In this document: in pieces, positions 10,010 through 20,343 of the stretch
Numbering within the stretch: position 1 is the first letter of the stretch
How the letters are laid out: each line of letters opens with the position of its first letter
Source: a virus
Taxonomy: Duplodnaviria > Caudoviricetes
Reading direction: 5' to 3' (one strand)
Virus record (IMG/VR): IMGVR_UViG_2595698683_000001
Span: 6,237 to 70,236 of that record
DNA length: 64,000 nucleotides
Notes under the pieces: model-generated
Told to the model about the DNA's origin: nothing
Database searches by the model: none
Seen by the model: only the letters and a program-made list of their open reading frames with translations
Made by a program: the position numbers and the translations under genes

Positions 10010-10070
10010 GGCGGGGCGGTCCCGCCTTGCTGATGTGAACACACTAGCCCGCCTTAGTCGGGTAAGTCAA
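10010..10070 (-). promoter_or_regulatory. Promoter/operator/leader-hairpin cassette, copy 1
   Basis: On - strand: TTGACT (10070-10065), 18-bp spacer, TAGTGT (10046-10041), hairpin 10010-10026; core reads CCTTAGT on +. Confidence 0.85.
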
Positions 10071-10109
10071 GATGACCGATACCGCACCGCCACCGGATAC
10101 CCTGGCGTC

Positions 10110-10850
10110 GTGGCTTTCACGTGGCCGGTCGACCGGTCTGAGTTCCCGGCGCTGCCGGACGAGGCCGACCCTGGCTATGCCCAGGCGGTGCTGGAGCAGC
10201 GTGCAGCGGCTGACCTGGCGGTGGCGGTGCTGTGGGCACTGACCGGGCGGCAGTTCGGATTGATGGACCTGATCGCCCGGCCGTGCCCCGAGTACCCCAC
10301 ATCTCGATACCGCATCACTGGCCAGGTCACCAGCTACGTCGTCAGCTGGGAAGGCGACAGGTGGATCAACCTGGGCTGTGGATGCAGTGGCGGCTGTCGG
10401 TACGGTGGCCCACGCGCTGTGCACCTGCCCGGCCCGGTCTACGCCGTGACCGAGGTCAAGCTGGCCGGGGCGGTGCTGGCCCCGGCCGGGTACCAGCTGG
10501 AGAACAACGTGCTGTACCGCGTCGGCGGCAACTGGCTGCATCAAGACCTTGGTCGGCCCCTGGGTGAGGCCCGCACCTGGAGCGTGACCTACCAGCGCGG
10601 CATCCCGGTGCCGGAGGCATTCGCGGCGCTGACCGGCCTGCTGGCCAAGGAGTTCTTGGACGCGCTCGACAACGAGGGCCGGTGCCGCCTGCCGCGCACC
10701 GTGACCACCGCCAGCCGCCAGGGCGTGACGTACAGGGCCTACGACCCGCAGGCCATCTATGCCAACGGCAAGACCGGCCTCCCCGAAATCGACCTGGTAC
10801 TGGCAGCGGTGAATCCTCACGCGCTGATGGCAGCGCCTACGGTGCTCTGA
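10110..10850 (+). CDS. Head-to-tail adaptor
   Basis: LWALTGRQFG and CRLPR..TTASRQGVT motifs; synteny. Confidence 0.7.
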   Translation: MAFTWPVDRSEFPALPDEADPGYAQAVLEQRAAADLAVAVLWALTGRQFGLMDLIARPCPEYPTSRYRITGQVTSYVVSWEGDRWINLGCGCSGGCRYGGPRAVHLPGPVYAVTEVKLAGAVLAPAGYQLENNVLYRVGGNWLHQDLGRPLGEARTWSVTYQRGIPVPEAFAALTGLLAKEFLDALDNEGRCRLPRTVTTASRQGVTYRAYDPQAIYANGKTGLPEIDLVLAAVNPHALMAAPTVL

Positions 10851-11380
10851 TGACGCAGCCCTGCCGCACCGACCCCGCCATGGAAGTCATCGGTGCCGTC
10901 ACCACCACGCTGACTGAGTTCTTCCGGCCAGACCAGGTGTGCCCGCCCATGGTCGGCAGCACCACCAACGTCCGCTTCTTCGCAGGAGACGGCGCGCCGC
11001 TGGCCGCGTGGGACAGCCACGTCAGCCAGGGCTGTGACGAGCCGTTCGTCTGGGTCCGCGCCCAGCGCCGCTACCGCAGCAAGACGTTTCCGAACCCCAC
11101 GGTGGAGGTCGGCAGCTGCTCGCTGCTCAAGGTGCTGCCGGTGGAGGTCGGCGTGGCCTGGTGCGCGGTGGTCGACCAGACGCCCCGGTGGTCCGACTAC
11201 GCCAAGGAGGCGGCGGTCAGCATGGACACCGCCTGGCGCATGGAAGAGGCCATGTGCGCCGCCGCGCGCCAGCTGTTGCGCGACGACAGCGAGCGCCTGG
11301 TGGGCAGTGACATCCTCAACCCGTATGGTCCAGAGGGCGGTGTCATTGCGTGGATCGGCACCCTGTACGCCAGCTACTGA
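10850..11380 (+). CDS. Probable tail terminator/connector protein
   Basis: TGATG coupling; C-terminal PYGPEGGVIAW; synteny. Confidence 0.55.
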   Translation: MTQPCRTDPAMEVIGAVTTTLTEFFRPDQVCPPMVGSTTNVRFFAGDGAPLAAWDSHVSQGCDEPFVWVRAQRRYRSKTFPNPTVEVGSCSLLKVLPVEVGVAWCAVVDQTPRWSDYAKEAAVSMDTAWRMEEAMCAAARQLLRDDSERLVGSDILNPYGPEGGVIAWIGTLYASY

Positions 11381-11406
11381 AATACTGATCTACGGAGGAG
11401 AACACC

Positions 11407-11766
11407 ATGGCCGGAGTGACAATCGAGGGCAGCCGCCTTTCGCCCAGCTCGTTCCTGGCGGCGGGTGAGCGCGTCACCGTGCAGCGCACCCCGCGTATCG
11501 ACCGGCTGATCGCTGCCGGGTTCGTTGTCGTGGTGGACGAACGCACCGACACCGAGCGCGAGGCCGACGAGCAGGCGGCGCAGTCGCGCGCCGACCTGAC
11601 CCCGTACACCCTGGACAACCCGCCCAAGCGCAACGCCAGCCGCGAGGACTGGTCCGAGTTCCTGGCCGCGCACAGCGAACTTGGCATCGTCACCGAGGGC
11701 AAGGACCGCGACGAGCTGATCGCCGCCTGGGACGCCTACCTGGCCGGGCGCGTCACGCAGGAGTAG
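11407..11766 (+). CDS. Hypothetical connector-region protein
   Basis: GGAGGAG RBS; C-terminal HeH-like motif ASREDW...RDELIAAW. Confidence 0.6.
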   Translation: MAGVTIEGSRLSPSSFLAAGERVTVQRTPRIDRLIAAGFVVVVDERTDTEREADEQAAQSRADLTPYTLDNPPKRNASREDWSEFLAAHSELGIVTEGKDRDELIAAWDAYLAGRVTQE

Positions 11767-11769
11767 CCC

Positions 11770-12183
11770 GTGCCGGTAACCGCGCGCATCCACATCAACG
11801 AGCCGGAACTGGAGCGCCAGACCGGCGCGATATTCCGTGGCAAGCACCGCAGCATCACGCGGCGCATTGCCAACCAGGCCCGCGCTGATGTGCCCGTGCG
11901 CACCGGCAACCTGGGGCGCGGCATCCAGGAAATGCCCCAGACGTACCGGCCGTATCACGTGGGCGGCGGCGTGGAGGACAACGTGGACTACGCCGCCCCA
12001 GTGCATGAGGGCAGCCGCCCGCACCGCATCACCGCCCGGCACGCCAACGCGCTGCACTTCTACTGGCACGGGCGCGAGGTGTTCCGCAAGAGCGTCTGGC
12101 ACCCCGGCGTCCGGCCCCGGCCGTTCCTGCGCAACGCGGCGCGGCGCGTGGTAGCTGCGGACCCCGACATCCACATGACGTGA
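11770..12183 (+). CDS. HK97 gp10-like tail completion protein
   Basis: PVRTGNL..GI, YA..VHEG and HPG..PRPFL motifs. Confidence 0.7.
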   Translation: MPVTARIHINEPELERQTGAIFRGKHRSITRRIANQARADVPVRTGNLGRGIQEMPQTYRPYHVGGGVEDNVDYAAPVHEGSRPHRITARHANALHFYWHGREVFRKSVWHPGVRPRPFLRNAARRVVAADPDIHMT

Positions 12184-12239
12184 CTATCCCGACATCGGTG
12201 GTAGTCTCGCGGCCGAACACCCAAGCCTCGGGAGGGCCA

Positions 12240-12809
12240 ATGACCACGTTCGGACAGCAGGGCAAGATCACCGCGCGGACCGACGCCGCACCGCCTACCG
12301 AACAGCTGGTGCCACCGGCCGACTATTGCGTGGATGACGAGCTGACGGCCGACGCCGCCCCCGACGTGGACGCGGTGCTGGCCGAGGTCGACGCTGCCAA
12401 CGAGCCGGAGGTGCAGGTGCTCGACGCACCGGCTGGCCTGGCCAACGTGGAGCCCGCGCCGGAGGAGACAGGCAACGCGGTGGCCCTGGTGGAACGCTTC
12501 GACGTGACCACCACCGACGAGGTGTGGAAGTTCGACTATCTGGAGTTCGAGGGCGACAAGTTGGGCATCCGGCTGCCGTCGCGCCAGGCGCTGGCGGCGT
12601 TCTCGCTGGCCTCCAGCAAGTACGTGTCCATGGGCGTGAAGAACGACCTCACCGGCCTGTTCATCGCAAGGCACCTGAGCCCCGAGAGCTACGGGCGCGT
12701 GTTCTCCCGCCTGATGGACCCCGACGACGCCGCCTACGACGTGGACACCGTGGGCGAACTGTTCAACGCGATCGTTACCGCCAGCATCGAGGCAGACGAG
12801 CAGGAATAG
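12240..12809 (+). CDS. Tail assembly chaperone
   Basis: GGAGG RBS; acidic protein immediately before the tape measure. Confidence 0.65.
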   Translation: MTTFGQQGKITARTDAAPPTEQLVPPADYCVDDELTADAAPDVDAVLAEVDAANEPEVQVLDAPAGLANVEPAPEETGNAVALVERFDVTTTDEVWKFDYLEFEGDKLGIRLPSRQALAAFSLASSKYVSMGVKNDLTGLFIARHLSPESYGRVFSRLMDPDDAAYDVDTVGELFNAIVTASIEADEQE

Positions 12810-12834
12810 CCACCTGCTGGGATAGCCTGACCGG

Positions 12835-15800
12835 GTGACCGATGTCGGCAAGATCAGCCTTGGCGTAGAGCTATCCGCCGACGACCTGGCAAACCGGCTC
12901 GGTGAAGCTGTCCGGCGGGCTGTCCTGCCCACGCTCGATAAGCTGAACCGCAAGCTAAACGAGGTCCAGCGAGAGTACCGGAACACCGGCAACGCGGCCG
13001 AGCGCAGCGCCGACAAGCAGGTGCGCCAGATGCGCCGCGTGGCTGCCGAGGCAGCAACCACCACCGCCGCGCTCAACGCCATGAACGCCGCCTACGGGCG
13101 CAGCGGTGCCGGTCCTCGCCTGCCCCGCCCGGCCGACACCGAGCGCGCCCGCCGGTCGACGGACGGGCTGGCCAACAGCACCCGCAGCGTGTCCGAGGCG
13201 CAGCGCGAGCTGAACGAGGCCATCAACATCTTCGGGCGGCGCAGCCCCGTGGTGGAAGCTGCCCAGCGCCGCCTGGCCCGCGCCGAGGCGGCGCATACCG
13301 CCGAGCTGGTGCGTGCCGCTGCCCGCAGTCGCGCCAGCACCGACAGCCAGGTCAACGACTACGAGCGCTTGGCGCGTGAGGCCGAACGGTCGGCTGCCCG
13401 GCAGGCTGCGGCGGCGCGTGCTGCCGGTGGCGGCGGTGGCCGGGGCGGTGGAGGCGGCGGGCGGCGCGGCGTACTTGGATTCCTTACCGGCCCGGTCGGG
13501 CTGAACTCCATCGCCCTGGGCGCGTCGGCACTGCCAGCGGTGGCAACGGGCGTTGTCAATATCGTCGGCGCGGTGCAGCAGTTGGCCCAAGCGGGCGCAG
13601 TGCTGCCAGGCGTGTTCGCGGGCGCGGCGTCGTCCATCGGCATCGCGGTGGTGGGCTTCAAGGGCATGGGCGATGCGGTCAAGGCGCTCATGGACGCCGC
13701 CGACGACCCGGCCAAGCTGGAAGAGGCGAACAAGCAGCTGGAGAAGATGGCCCCGGCTGCCGCTGCGGTGGCGCGCGAGGTGGCCAAGCTGGCTGCCCCG
13801 AACGGGCCGCTGCGCCAGTTCCAGAAGGACATCGCTCAGCCGATGTTCGAGGGCATCGACAAGCAGCTGGACGACTTCGCCAACAAGGCCCTCCCGCGCG
13901 TTAAGCCCGGCGCTCAGAAGATCGCCGGGGCCTGGAACAACACCATGGCCGAGGCGCTGCGCGTTGGCGGCAGCGACAAGACGCTGGGCTTTATCGACCG
14001 CATTTTCGGCAACACCGCCGAGGGCCAGAACCGTGCGAACAAGGCCATCGCGCCGCTGACCAGTGCGCTGGGCCAGCTGGCCGCGACCGGCAGCGACTTC
14101 CTGCCCCGGCTGGGCGATGCCATCACCAGCGTGAGCGAGCGCTTGGATCGCTTCATCAGCAAGAACGCCGCGAACGGCAACCTGTTCCGGTGGATTGACG
14201 AGGGCCTGAACGGTATGCGGGCCTTCGGGAACGCGGTGCTCAACGTATTCAAGATCATCACCAACCTGACCAAGGCGGCGGGCGCGCTCGACGGCAGCCT
14301 GAGCGGCGACGGCGGGTTCCTGGGCTGGCTGGAACGCGCCACCGGGTCACTGGAGAAGCTGACCGGCAGCGCCGCCGGGCAGGCCAAGCTCACCGCGTTC
14401 TTCAAGGACGGCCGGGAGGACTTGGCCCGCTGGGGAGACCTGCTGCGCGACATCTGGCCTGCCATCCGCGAGGTGATCAAGGGCTTCCAGGCATGGGGCG
14501 ACATCATGTTCCCCATCATCAAGGCTGTCGGCAGCCTGGCCGGTTCTCTGGGCGAGGTGCCGGGCCTGCTCCAGGCGGTGCTGGTCGGGTTCCTGGCGTG
14601 GCGCACCATCGGCGGCATCGTCGGCGGCATCACCGGCAAGATCAAGGCCATGAACACCGCCGCAGCGGCGGGCGGTGGCGCGGCCGGTGGATTCGGCAAG
14701 GGGCAGAGCGCCCTGCTGGGCGGCAGTCTGCTGCTGTCCGGCACCACGATGCAGCAGAACGCGGGCACCAGCACCACCAGCGGCGTGCTCGGGGCCTTGC
14801 AGACCATCGGCGGCGGTGCGGTGCTGGGCGGCACCATTGGCAGCGTGATCCCCGGCGTCGGTACCGGCATCGGGGCGCTGGTGGGCGGTGGCCTGGGCGC
14901 GGCGCTGGCCGGGTACAACGCGCTGGTCAACCAGAACAAGATGGCCACCGAGCAGGCGGCAGCCGCAGCCGAGAAGTGGGCAGCCACCAACGAGCGCAGC
15001 CATCAGGCCATGCTGCTGAACAGCCAGGCCATCAAGTCGATGAACGATGCCCTGGCCGAGAGCGGCGGGGCTATCGACGCTGCCACGCTGGCGGCGGTGG
15101 GCGAGCAGGTCAGCGCCATTCCAGAGAAGCTGGCCGGGGCCTACGACGAAAACACGCTCAAGGGCATTGCCACCGCGCTGGGCGACGTAGGCATGACCAC
15201 CGAGCAGATGGCTGCCACCATCACCGGTAACCAGGGCCAGTTCGACGCGCTGATCGCACGGCTCCAGGGCATGGGTCCGGCCGGGCAGATCGCCGCGCAG
15301 CAGCTGGCCTCCATTCGGGACAACACACTGGGCGCTGCCCAGAACGCCACCGTAGCCGCACCGCTGCTCCAGCAGCTGGCCGACAACTTCGGCGGCGTGG
15401 CTGCGGCCGGTGTCGCGGTGGAGAACGCTTTCAGCGCGGTGCCCAAGGACGTGCCGATCAACATCAACATGCCCGGCGGGCAGGCGGTGTTCGACATCCT
15501 CAAGGACATCGGCGCGCAGATTCAGACGAACAAGGACGGGACGATCAACGTCACCGCCCCGCTGGCCCCGGCCGTGCTGGACCAGCTGCGTGCCCTGGGC
15601 ATCCAGGTGCAGCAGAACAAGGACGGCACCATCAACGTCCAGGTCGACCCGGCCAAGTACGCCGACACCCTGGCCAAGCTGGGAACGCTGGGCTCGATGC
15701 TGCGCGATCTGCATGGCCAGTCCCTGGGCCTGCCTCCGGTGCCCGGCCCGGCGAACCCGAACACGCAGGCGGCGAACCCGTTCGAGCTGCCACGCCCCGG

Positions 15801-18800
15801 CGGTGCCGACGGCATGGTGGTGCCCGGCTATGCGCCCGGCCACGACATCGTGAACGCGGTGCTGGCCCCCGGCGAGGGCGTGCTGATCCCCGAGGCGGTG
15901 CGTGGGCTCGGTGGCCCGGCCGGGGTGTACGCGCTCAACAGCCGGTTCCGCAGCGGGCTGAGCAAGCGCTTCTACGCCGACGGCGGCGTGCACCTCGGTA
16001 CCGGTGCGCTGCCCGGCCCGCCGCCGGGTGCCGAGACCGAGCTGGGCGTGCTCATCCAGATTCGTGACCTGCTGGCGGGCAAGGGCGGCGTCGGCGCGGT
16101 GGCAGCCACCGCCAGCGCCACCGACACCATCGCCAAGGCCAGCGCGGGCACCGGCCAGACCATGGGACCGTTCGGTACGCCGATCAAGGCCCGCAACCGT
16201 GGCTACGAGATGGCCGCTGCTGCCATCCAGGCGCTCGGTGGCGACCCTGAGAAGTGGATCGGTGCTGATCCCACCACCTACGTCGCCCCGACCGCCAGCG
16301 GCGCGTACAGCGGCACTATGGGGCTGCCTGGCATGGCGGGCACCATCGACATTGCCGCGCTCCAGAAGTTCGCCATGACCGGCAACACTGCCGACCTGCC
16401 GCCGGGCATCGGACTGAACGACCCGGTGGTCACGGTCATCACGGGGGCGCGGAACAAGAAGAAGGGCCTGGGCGACCAGGCCATCAGCGACCTGATCGGC
16501 CAGGCGCTGGCTCCCGGCGGGTTCACCGGCACGCTCGACAGCGATAACACCAGCCTGGTGAAGGCGCTGGAGCGGCTGCGCACCAAGGGCGTGAAGGTGC
16601 CCGCTGGCGGCACGGCAGCGGTGGCCGGATCCACTGGCGTGCCCATGTACGGCATCCCCGGCGGGATGCTGGACCCGATCAGCGCCTATGCCCAGGCGCA
16701 CAGCGGCGGTCAGTACAGCTGGGGAAGCAGCGACCTGGCGGCGGGCCTGTCCGACTGCTCCGGCGCGGTGAGCGACCTGGTGGAAATCATCACGCAGGGC
16801 CAGGCCACCAGCAAGCGCCTGTTCTCCACTGCCGACGCGGGCAGTGTGCTGTCCAGCCTGGGGGCAGTGTCCGGCGCGGTGCCGGGCGCGCTCCAGATCG
16901 GCTGGTCGGCCGAACACATGCGGGCCACGCTGCCCAACGGCGTGGCTTTCGAGAGCGGCGGCGGTACCGGCCAGGGCGCGACCTACGGCGGCAACGCCAA
17001 GGGTGCCGAAGGTATGCCGAACATCATGTCGCTGCCGGTCAACGGCGTGCCGCTGGGCGCGGGCATGTCCGGCGCACTGCCGGGCGGCGCAACCGCAGGC
17101 AGCGGCACCCCGGTGTTCGTCACCAACTGGCCGGGCGGGGGCCAGGGCCTGCCGCCGGGCGTGAACCAGATCCTCGGTGGTCTGACACAAGGCGGTGGCC
17201 AGGCGGCGCAGAACGTGCTCGGTGACGTGATGGGCGCGGTGGCCGGTGTTGGACAAGAAGGCTGGGCCACCAAGGGCGCGACCTACGCGCAGCTGAACCA
17301 GCTGGTGCAGGAGGGTAACCCGCTGGCGCTGGCCAAGGCGTTCGGCCTGAACGTGGAGGACTTCACGCGCCAGGGCGGTGCGGGCACCGACGTGGAGAAG
17401 AACGACCAGGCGTACGACGCCAGCGGGCGGCTGTTCTCGGATACGTCGGCCCTGTTCGACCGCACCCTTACCAGCCTGAACGCGCAGCTCCAGGCTATGC
17501 GCGAGCAGATGGTAGGCGTTATCGAGCAGGTCAGCCAGAAGCTGAACGACAGCGCCCTGGAGCCGGTCGTGAAGGCCGGTGTGCAGTCGGCGCTGGAGGG
17601 CTTGAAGGACAGCGTGTCCAACGCCATTGGCACCGCAATGGGCAACGCAGCCGCGCCGCCCATTGCCGACGCGGTGAGCAGTGCGGTATCCAGCCTGCCC
17701 ATCGACAACAGCGGCAGCGGCAACGTCGGCGGCAACCTGGCCGGGGCGGCTACCGGCGTCATCGGCATGGCAGGCGGCGGGCCGGTGAGCGGCGGCATCG
17801 CCGGTAAGGACAGCGTGCCCGCGCTGCTGATGCCCGGCGAGTTCGTGCTGAACACGATGGATGTGGCCCGCATGGGCGGCACCCATGGGGTGGAGGCTGC
17901 CCGGCGCAAGGGCTTCCGGCATTACGCCACGGGCGGCGGCGTCATCGGTAACGACACCGTGGGCGCTGACTTCTTCGGTGTGTCCGAGGTGCCCATTATC
18001 GGGGCCATTGTGAACCTGCTGGTGCGGGTATTGCTCCAGGTCATCGGCGTGGAAATTGAAGTGCGCGACACGATGAACGAAATGTCGAGCGACTTCCGGC
18101 AATTCCGTGGTGACGCATTTAAGGCATTCGACGCCCAGGGGCGGCTGCTGAATGACACCAGCGGGCTTATCGAGCGCACGCAGTCGAGCGAGGAAACCGC
18201 AGCTGAGGAGCGCATTCGCATCCTCAAGATCGTTATCCAGGCGCTTATCAAGTACATCATCGAGAAGGTGATTGTTCCGATTACCAAGGCGGTGGCGAAC
18301 GCGGCTATCCAGGCCGGTGCCAGCGCGGCGGGCGCGGCGGTGAATACGCAGGCACCGGGTGCCGGTGGAATTGTCAGCTCGCTTATTTCGAGCGCGGGCC
18401 AGGCCGGTGTCGATATTGCGGCCGAGGTCGGAACGGACTTTGCGCTGGCCATCAGTGAAACGCTGATCGACATGGTGGGCGACCAGCTCCAGTCGTCGTT
18501 CCCTGACCTGATGGCCGGGGTGTTCGGTGGCGGCGCGCTGGCTGGCATCTTCGACCCGGCGGGCGGCATCCTGGGCACGATCATCGGCGGCTTGCTGGGC
18601 AGCCTGACGGCGGTGTTCGGCGGGCTGTTTGGCGGGGCAAGCACACTGATCCCAGGCCAGTCGTTTGACCAGGGCGGGCTGGCCATTGGTGAGGGCTACC
18701 TGCCCAAGGCCACCGCCGAGCCGGAGCTGGTGCTGAGCCCCACCGAGACCAGCCTGTTCTCCAGGTTCGTCGCGGCGCTGGAGCGCGGCGGGTTCGGCGG

Positions 18801-18900
18801 TGGTGGCAGCCGAACTGTCCATGCTCCCATTACTGTGATCGGTGGCGGCACCGAGACCGCAGACGTGATTGAGCAGCGCCTGCTCAAGCTGATGCCGTAG
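12835..18900 (+). CDS. Tape measure protein
   Basis: 2021 aa, Ala/Gly-rich, longest sense ORF; internal NlpC/P60-like motif. Confidence 0.92.
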   Translation: MTDVGKISLGVELSADDLANRLGEAVRRAVLPTLDKLNRKLNEVQREYRNTGNAAERSADKQVRQMRRVAAEAATTTAALNAMNAAYGRSGAGPRLPRPADTERARRSTDGLANSTRSVSEAQRELNEAINIFGRRSPVVEAAQRRLARAEAAHTAELVRAAARSRASTDSQVNDYERLAREAERSAARQAAAARAAGGGGGRGGGGGGRRGVLGFLTGPVGLNSIALGASALPAVATGVVNIVGAVQQLAQAGAVLPGVFAGAASSIGIAVVGFKGMGDAVKALMDAADDPAKLEEANKQLEKMAPAAAAVAREVAKLAAPNGPLRQFQKDIAQPMFEGIDKQLDDFANKALPRVKPGAQKIAGAWNNTMAEALRVGGSDKTLGFIDRIFGNTAEGQNRANKAIAPLTSALGQLAATGSDFLPRLGDAITSVSERLDRFISKNAANGNLFRWIDEGLNGMRAFGNAVLNVFKIITNLTKAAGALDGSLSGDGGFLGWLERATGSLEKLTGSAAGQAKLTAFFKDGREDLARWGDLLRDIWPAIREVIKGFQAWGDIMFPIIKAVGSLAGSLGEVPGLLQAVLVGFLAWRTIGGIVGGITGKIKAMNTAAAAGGGAAGGFGKGQSALLGGSLLLSGTTMQQNAGTSTTSGVLGALQTIGGGAVLGGTIGSVIPGVGTGIGALVGGGLGAALAGYNALVNQNKMATEQAAAAAEKWAATNERSHQAMLLNSQAIKSMNDALAESGGAIDAATLAAVGEQVSAIPEKLAGAYDENTLKGIATALGDVGMTTEQMAATITGNQGQFDALIARLQGMGPAGQIAAQQLASIRDNTLGAAQNATVAAPLLQQLADNFGGVAAAGVAVENAFSAVPKDVPININMPGGQAVFDILKDIGAQIQTNKDGTINVTAPLAPAVLDQLRALGIQVQQNKDGTINVQVDPAKYADTLAKLGTLGSMLRDLHGQSLGLPPVPGPANPNTQAANPFELPRPGGADGMVVPGYAPGHDIVNAVLAPGEGVLIPEAVRGLGGPAGVYALNSRFRSGLSKRFYADGGVHLGTGALPGPPPGAETELGVLIQIRDLLAGKGGVGAVAATASATDTIAKASAGTGQTMGPFGTPIKARNRGYEMAAAAIQALGGDPEKWIGADPTTYVAPTASGAYSGTMGLPGMAGTIDIAALQKFAMTGNTADLPPGIGLNDPVVTVITGARNKKKGLGDQAISDLIGQALAPGGFTGTLDSDNTSLVKALERLRTKGVKVPAGGTAAVAGSTGVPMYGIPGGMLDPISAYAQAHSGGQYSWGSSDLAAGLSDCSGAVSDLVEIITQGQATSKRLFSTADAGSVLSSLGAVSGAVPGALQIGWSAEHMRATLPNGVAFESGGGTGQGATYGGNAKGAEGMPNIMSLPVNGVPLGAGMSGALPGGATAGSGTPVFVTNWPGGGQGLPPGVNQILGGLTQGGGQAAQNVLGDVMGAVAGVGQEGWATKGATYAQLNQLVQEGNPLALAKAFGLNVEDFTRQGGAGTDVEKNDQAYDASGRLFSDTSALFDRTLTSLNAQLQAMREQMVGVIEQVSQKLNDSALEPVVKAGVQSALEGLKDSVSNAIGTAMGNAAAPPIADAVSSAVSSLPIDNSGSGNVGGNLAGAATGVIGMAGGGPVSGGIAGKDSVPALLMPGEFVLNTMDVARMGGTHGVEAARRKGFRHYATGGGVIGNDTVGADFFGVSEVPIIGAIVNLLVRVLLQVIGVEIEVRDTMNEMSSDFRQFRGDAFKAFDAQGRLLNDTSGLIERTQSSEETAAEERIRILKIVIQALIKYIIEKVIVPITKAVANAAIQAGASAAGAAVNTQAPGAGGIVSSLISSAGQAGVDIAAEVGTDFALAISETLIDMVGDQLQSSFPDLMAGVFGGGALAGIFDPAGGILGTIIGGLLGSLTAVFGGLFGGASTLIPGQSFDQGGLAIGEGYLPKATAEPELVLSPTETSLFSRFVAALERGGFGGGGSRTVHAPITVIGGGTETADVIEQRLLKLMP

Positions 18901-18908
18901 GAGGACAC

Positions 18909-20342
18909 GTGGCGTTCCGTGGCTACTTCGCTCTGGACGGGGTGGAGTTTGCCAACAGCAGCCGCGTGGTGGCCCATATCGGGGCCAACATTCCCACCAT
19001 GGACCTGGGCCTGCTGGGCGACCCCGGCGACTGCTCGCTGACGCCCGTGGCCGGTAGCCCGCTGCTGGCCGAACTGCCCGCCAGCACAGTGCCCATCGGG
19101 CCGGGGCGGCTGCTCGGTACCGTGCCCGACGGCACCCGGCTGTACGGGCCAGGGCTGGGCCTGGTGGGCGACTGCTGGACACCGGACACGCTGTGCTTCG
19201 GCTGCCGGGACAGCATCGGATACGACGACAGCTGGCCGGGCCTGGCCGACCTGATGGACCACAGCCTCTACCGGCCCGAGCTGGCACCCTGGTACACCAC
19301 GCGCATCCCCGAGAGCGCCGAGTTCGGCGGTGTGTGGGTGCTCGACGTGAAGGGCCTGGACACCACGCCCGTGCAGCGCGACGTGACCGAGGTGGCCGGT
19401 GCCGGTGGCGCGCCCGGCCCCGTACGCAACCCCAGCCGCCAGGTCACGTTCGACACGCTGCTGATCGCCTGCACCAACGCGGGCCTCACCTACGGGCTCC
19501 AGTGGCTGACCTGTTTGCTGCGGGCCACCGACGCCGACGACGGCAGCACGCTGCGGTACCTGGCCGCGCACCCCGGCGGCAGCACCGCTGACCCCGTGAC
19601 GCTCATCCGTGAGGTGCACGGCGTGGTGCTCAGCCAGGAGCCCCAGGTGCAGGACGCGCAGAATCTATCGCGGCACTCGAATAGCCAGGCCACGGTATAT
19701 CGCGTGCAGTGGACAATGACCGTGACCCGGCCGTATGCCTACAGCCCGCCGGTCGACGTGGCCGTGGATTGGGACGAGACCACGCTGGACCCCATCAGTT
19801 GGATTCACGGCGCGGACTGCAAGACCCCGGCCAGCTGCGCCGACATGCCGGTGTTCTTTGCCGAGGGCTGCGATGTGGAGCGCATCGAGGTCGTGAGCAC
19901 GCCGCCGCCCACCTGCGGCGGGTGTATGCCCGTCTGCGCGGTGCAGACCCGCGTGTTCGAGCTGCCGGTATTCGACAGCCCCCGGCGCTGCCACCAGACC
20001 GCCGTGACGCTGCGGGTGCGTAACAACAGCGAGGACACCCTGACCCTCCAGGCGTTCTACCGGCAGCGCAATACCCGCGAGCAGTGCGGTGACCAGCTGT
20101 GGCCAGTGCAGCTCACCGGGGTGCCCAGCCAGGGCGAGGTCGTGCTGGACGGCATCAGCGGACGGTTCTGGCTCCAGTGGGCCGGGCGCAAGCGCCGCCC
20201 GTTCAACATGGTCAGCACGCCCAGCGGCGTCCCCTGGCGTCCGGCCGTGATCGACCGCGACAAGGACTGGGAGCTGGTGGTCATCAGCGACGGGGCTGCC
20301 GCCTTCGACGTAAGCATGAGCCTGGCCGACCGGGAGGTGTGA
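18909..20342 (+). CDS. Minor tail protein (distal-tail position)
   Basis: Follows tape measure; AGGAGG RBS. Confidence 0.8.
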   Translation: MAFRGYFALDGVEFANSSRVVAHIGANIPTMDLGLLGDPGDCSLTPVAGSPLLAELPASTVPIGPGRLLGTVPDGTRLYGPGLGLVGDCWTPDTLCFGCRDSIGYDDSWPGLADLMDHSLYRPELAPWYTTRIPESAEFGGVWVLDVKGLDTTPVQRDVTEVAGAGGAPGPVRNPSRQVTFDTLLIACTNAGLTYGLQWLTCLLRATDADDGSTLRYLAAHPGGSTADPVTLIREVHGVVLSQEPQVQDAQNLSRHSNSQATVYRVQWTMTVTRPYAYSPPVDVAVDWDETTLDPISWIHGADCKTPASCADMPVFFAEGCDVERIEVVSTPPPTCGGCMPVCAVQTRVFELPVFDSPRRCHQTAVTLRVRNNSEDTLTLQAFYRQRNTREQCGDQLWPVQLTGVPSQGEVVLDGISGRFWLQWAGRKRRPFNMVSTPSGVPWRPAVIDRDKDWELVVISDGAAAFDVSMSLADREV

Positions 20343-20343
20343 C

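Noticed and set aside
12240-12838. Canonical frameshift in the chaperone before the tape measure
   Set aside because: No slippery heptamer near its end and only 25 bp to the tape measure start; overlapping ORF 12524-12838 looks non-coding.
14347-19287. 1646-aa minus-strand ORF and many other long overlapping ORFs (e.g. 1194-3041, 7890-9644, 44897-46678)
   Set aside because: Shadow frames of real genes caused by high GC3; no RBS, motifs or realistic composition.
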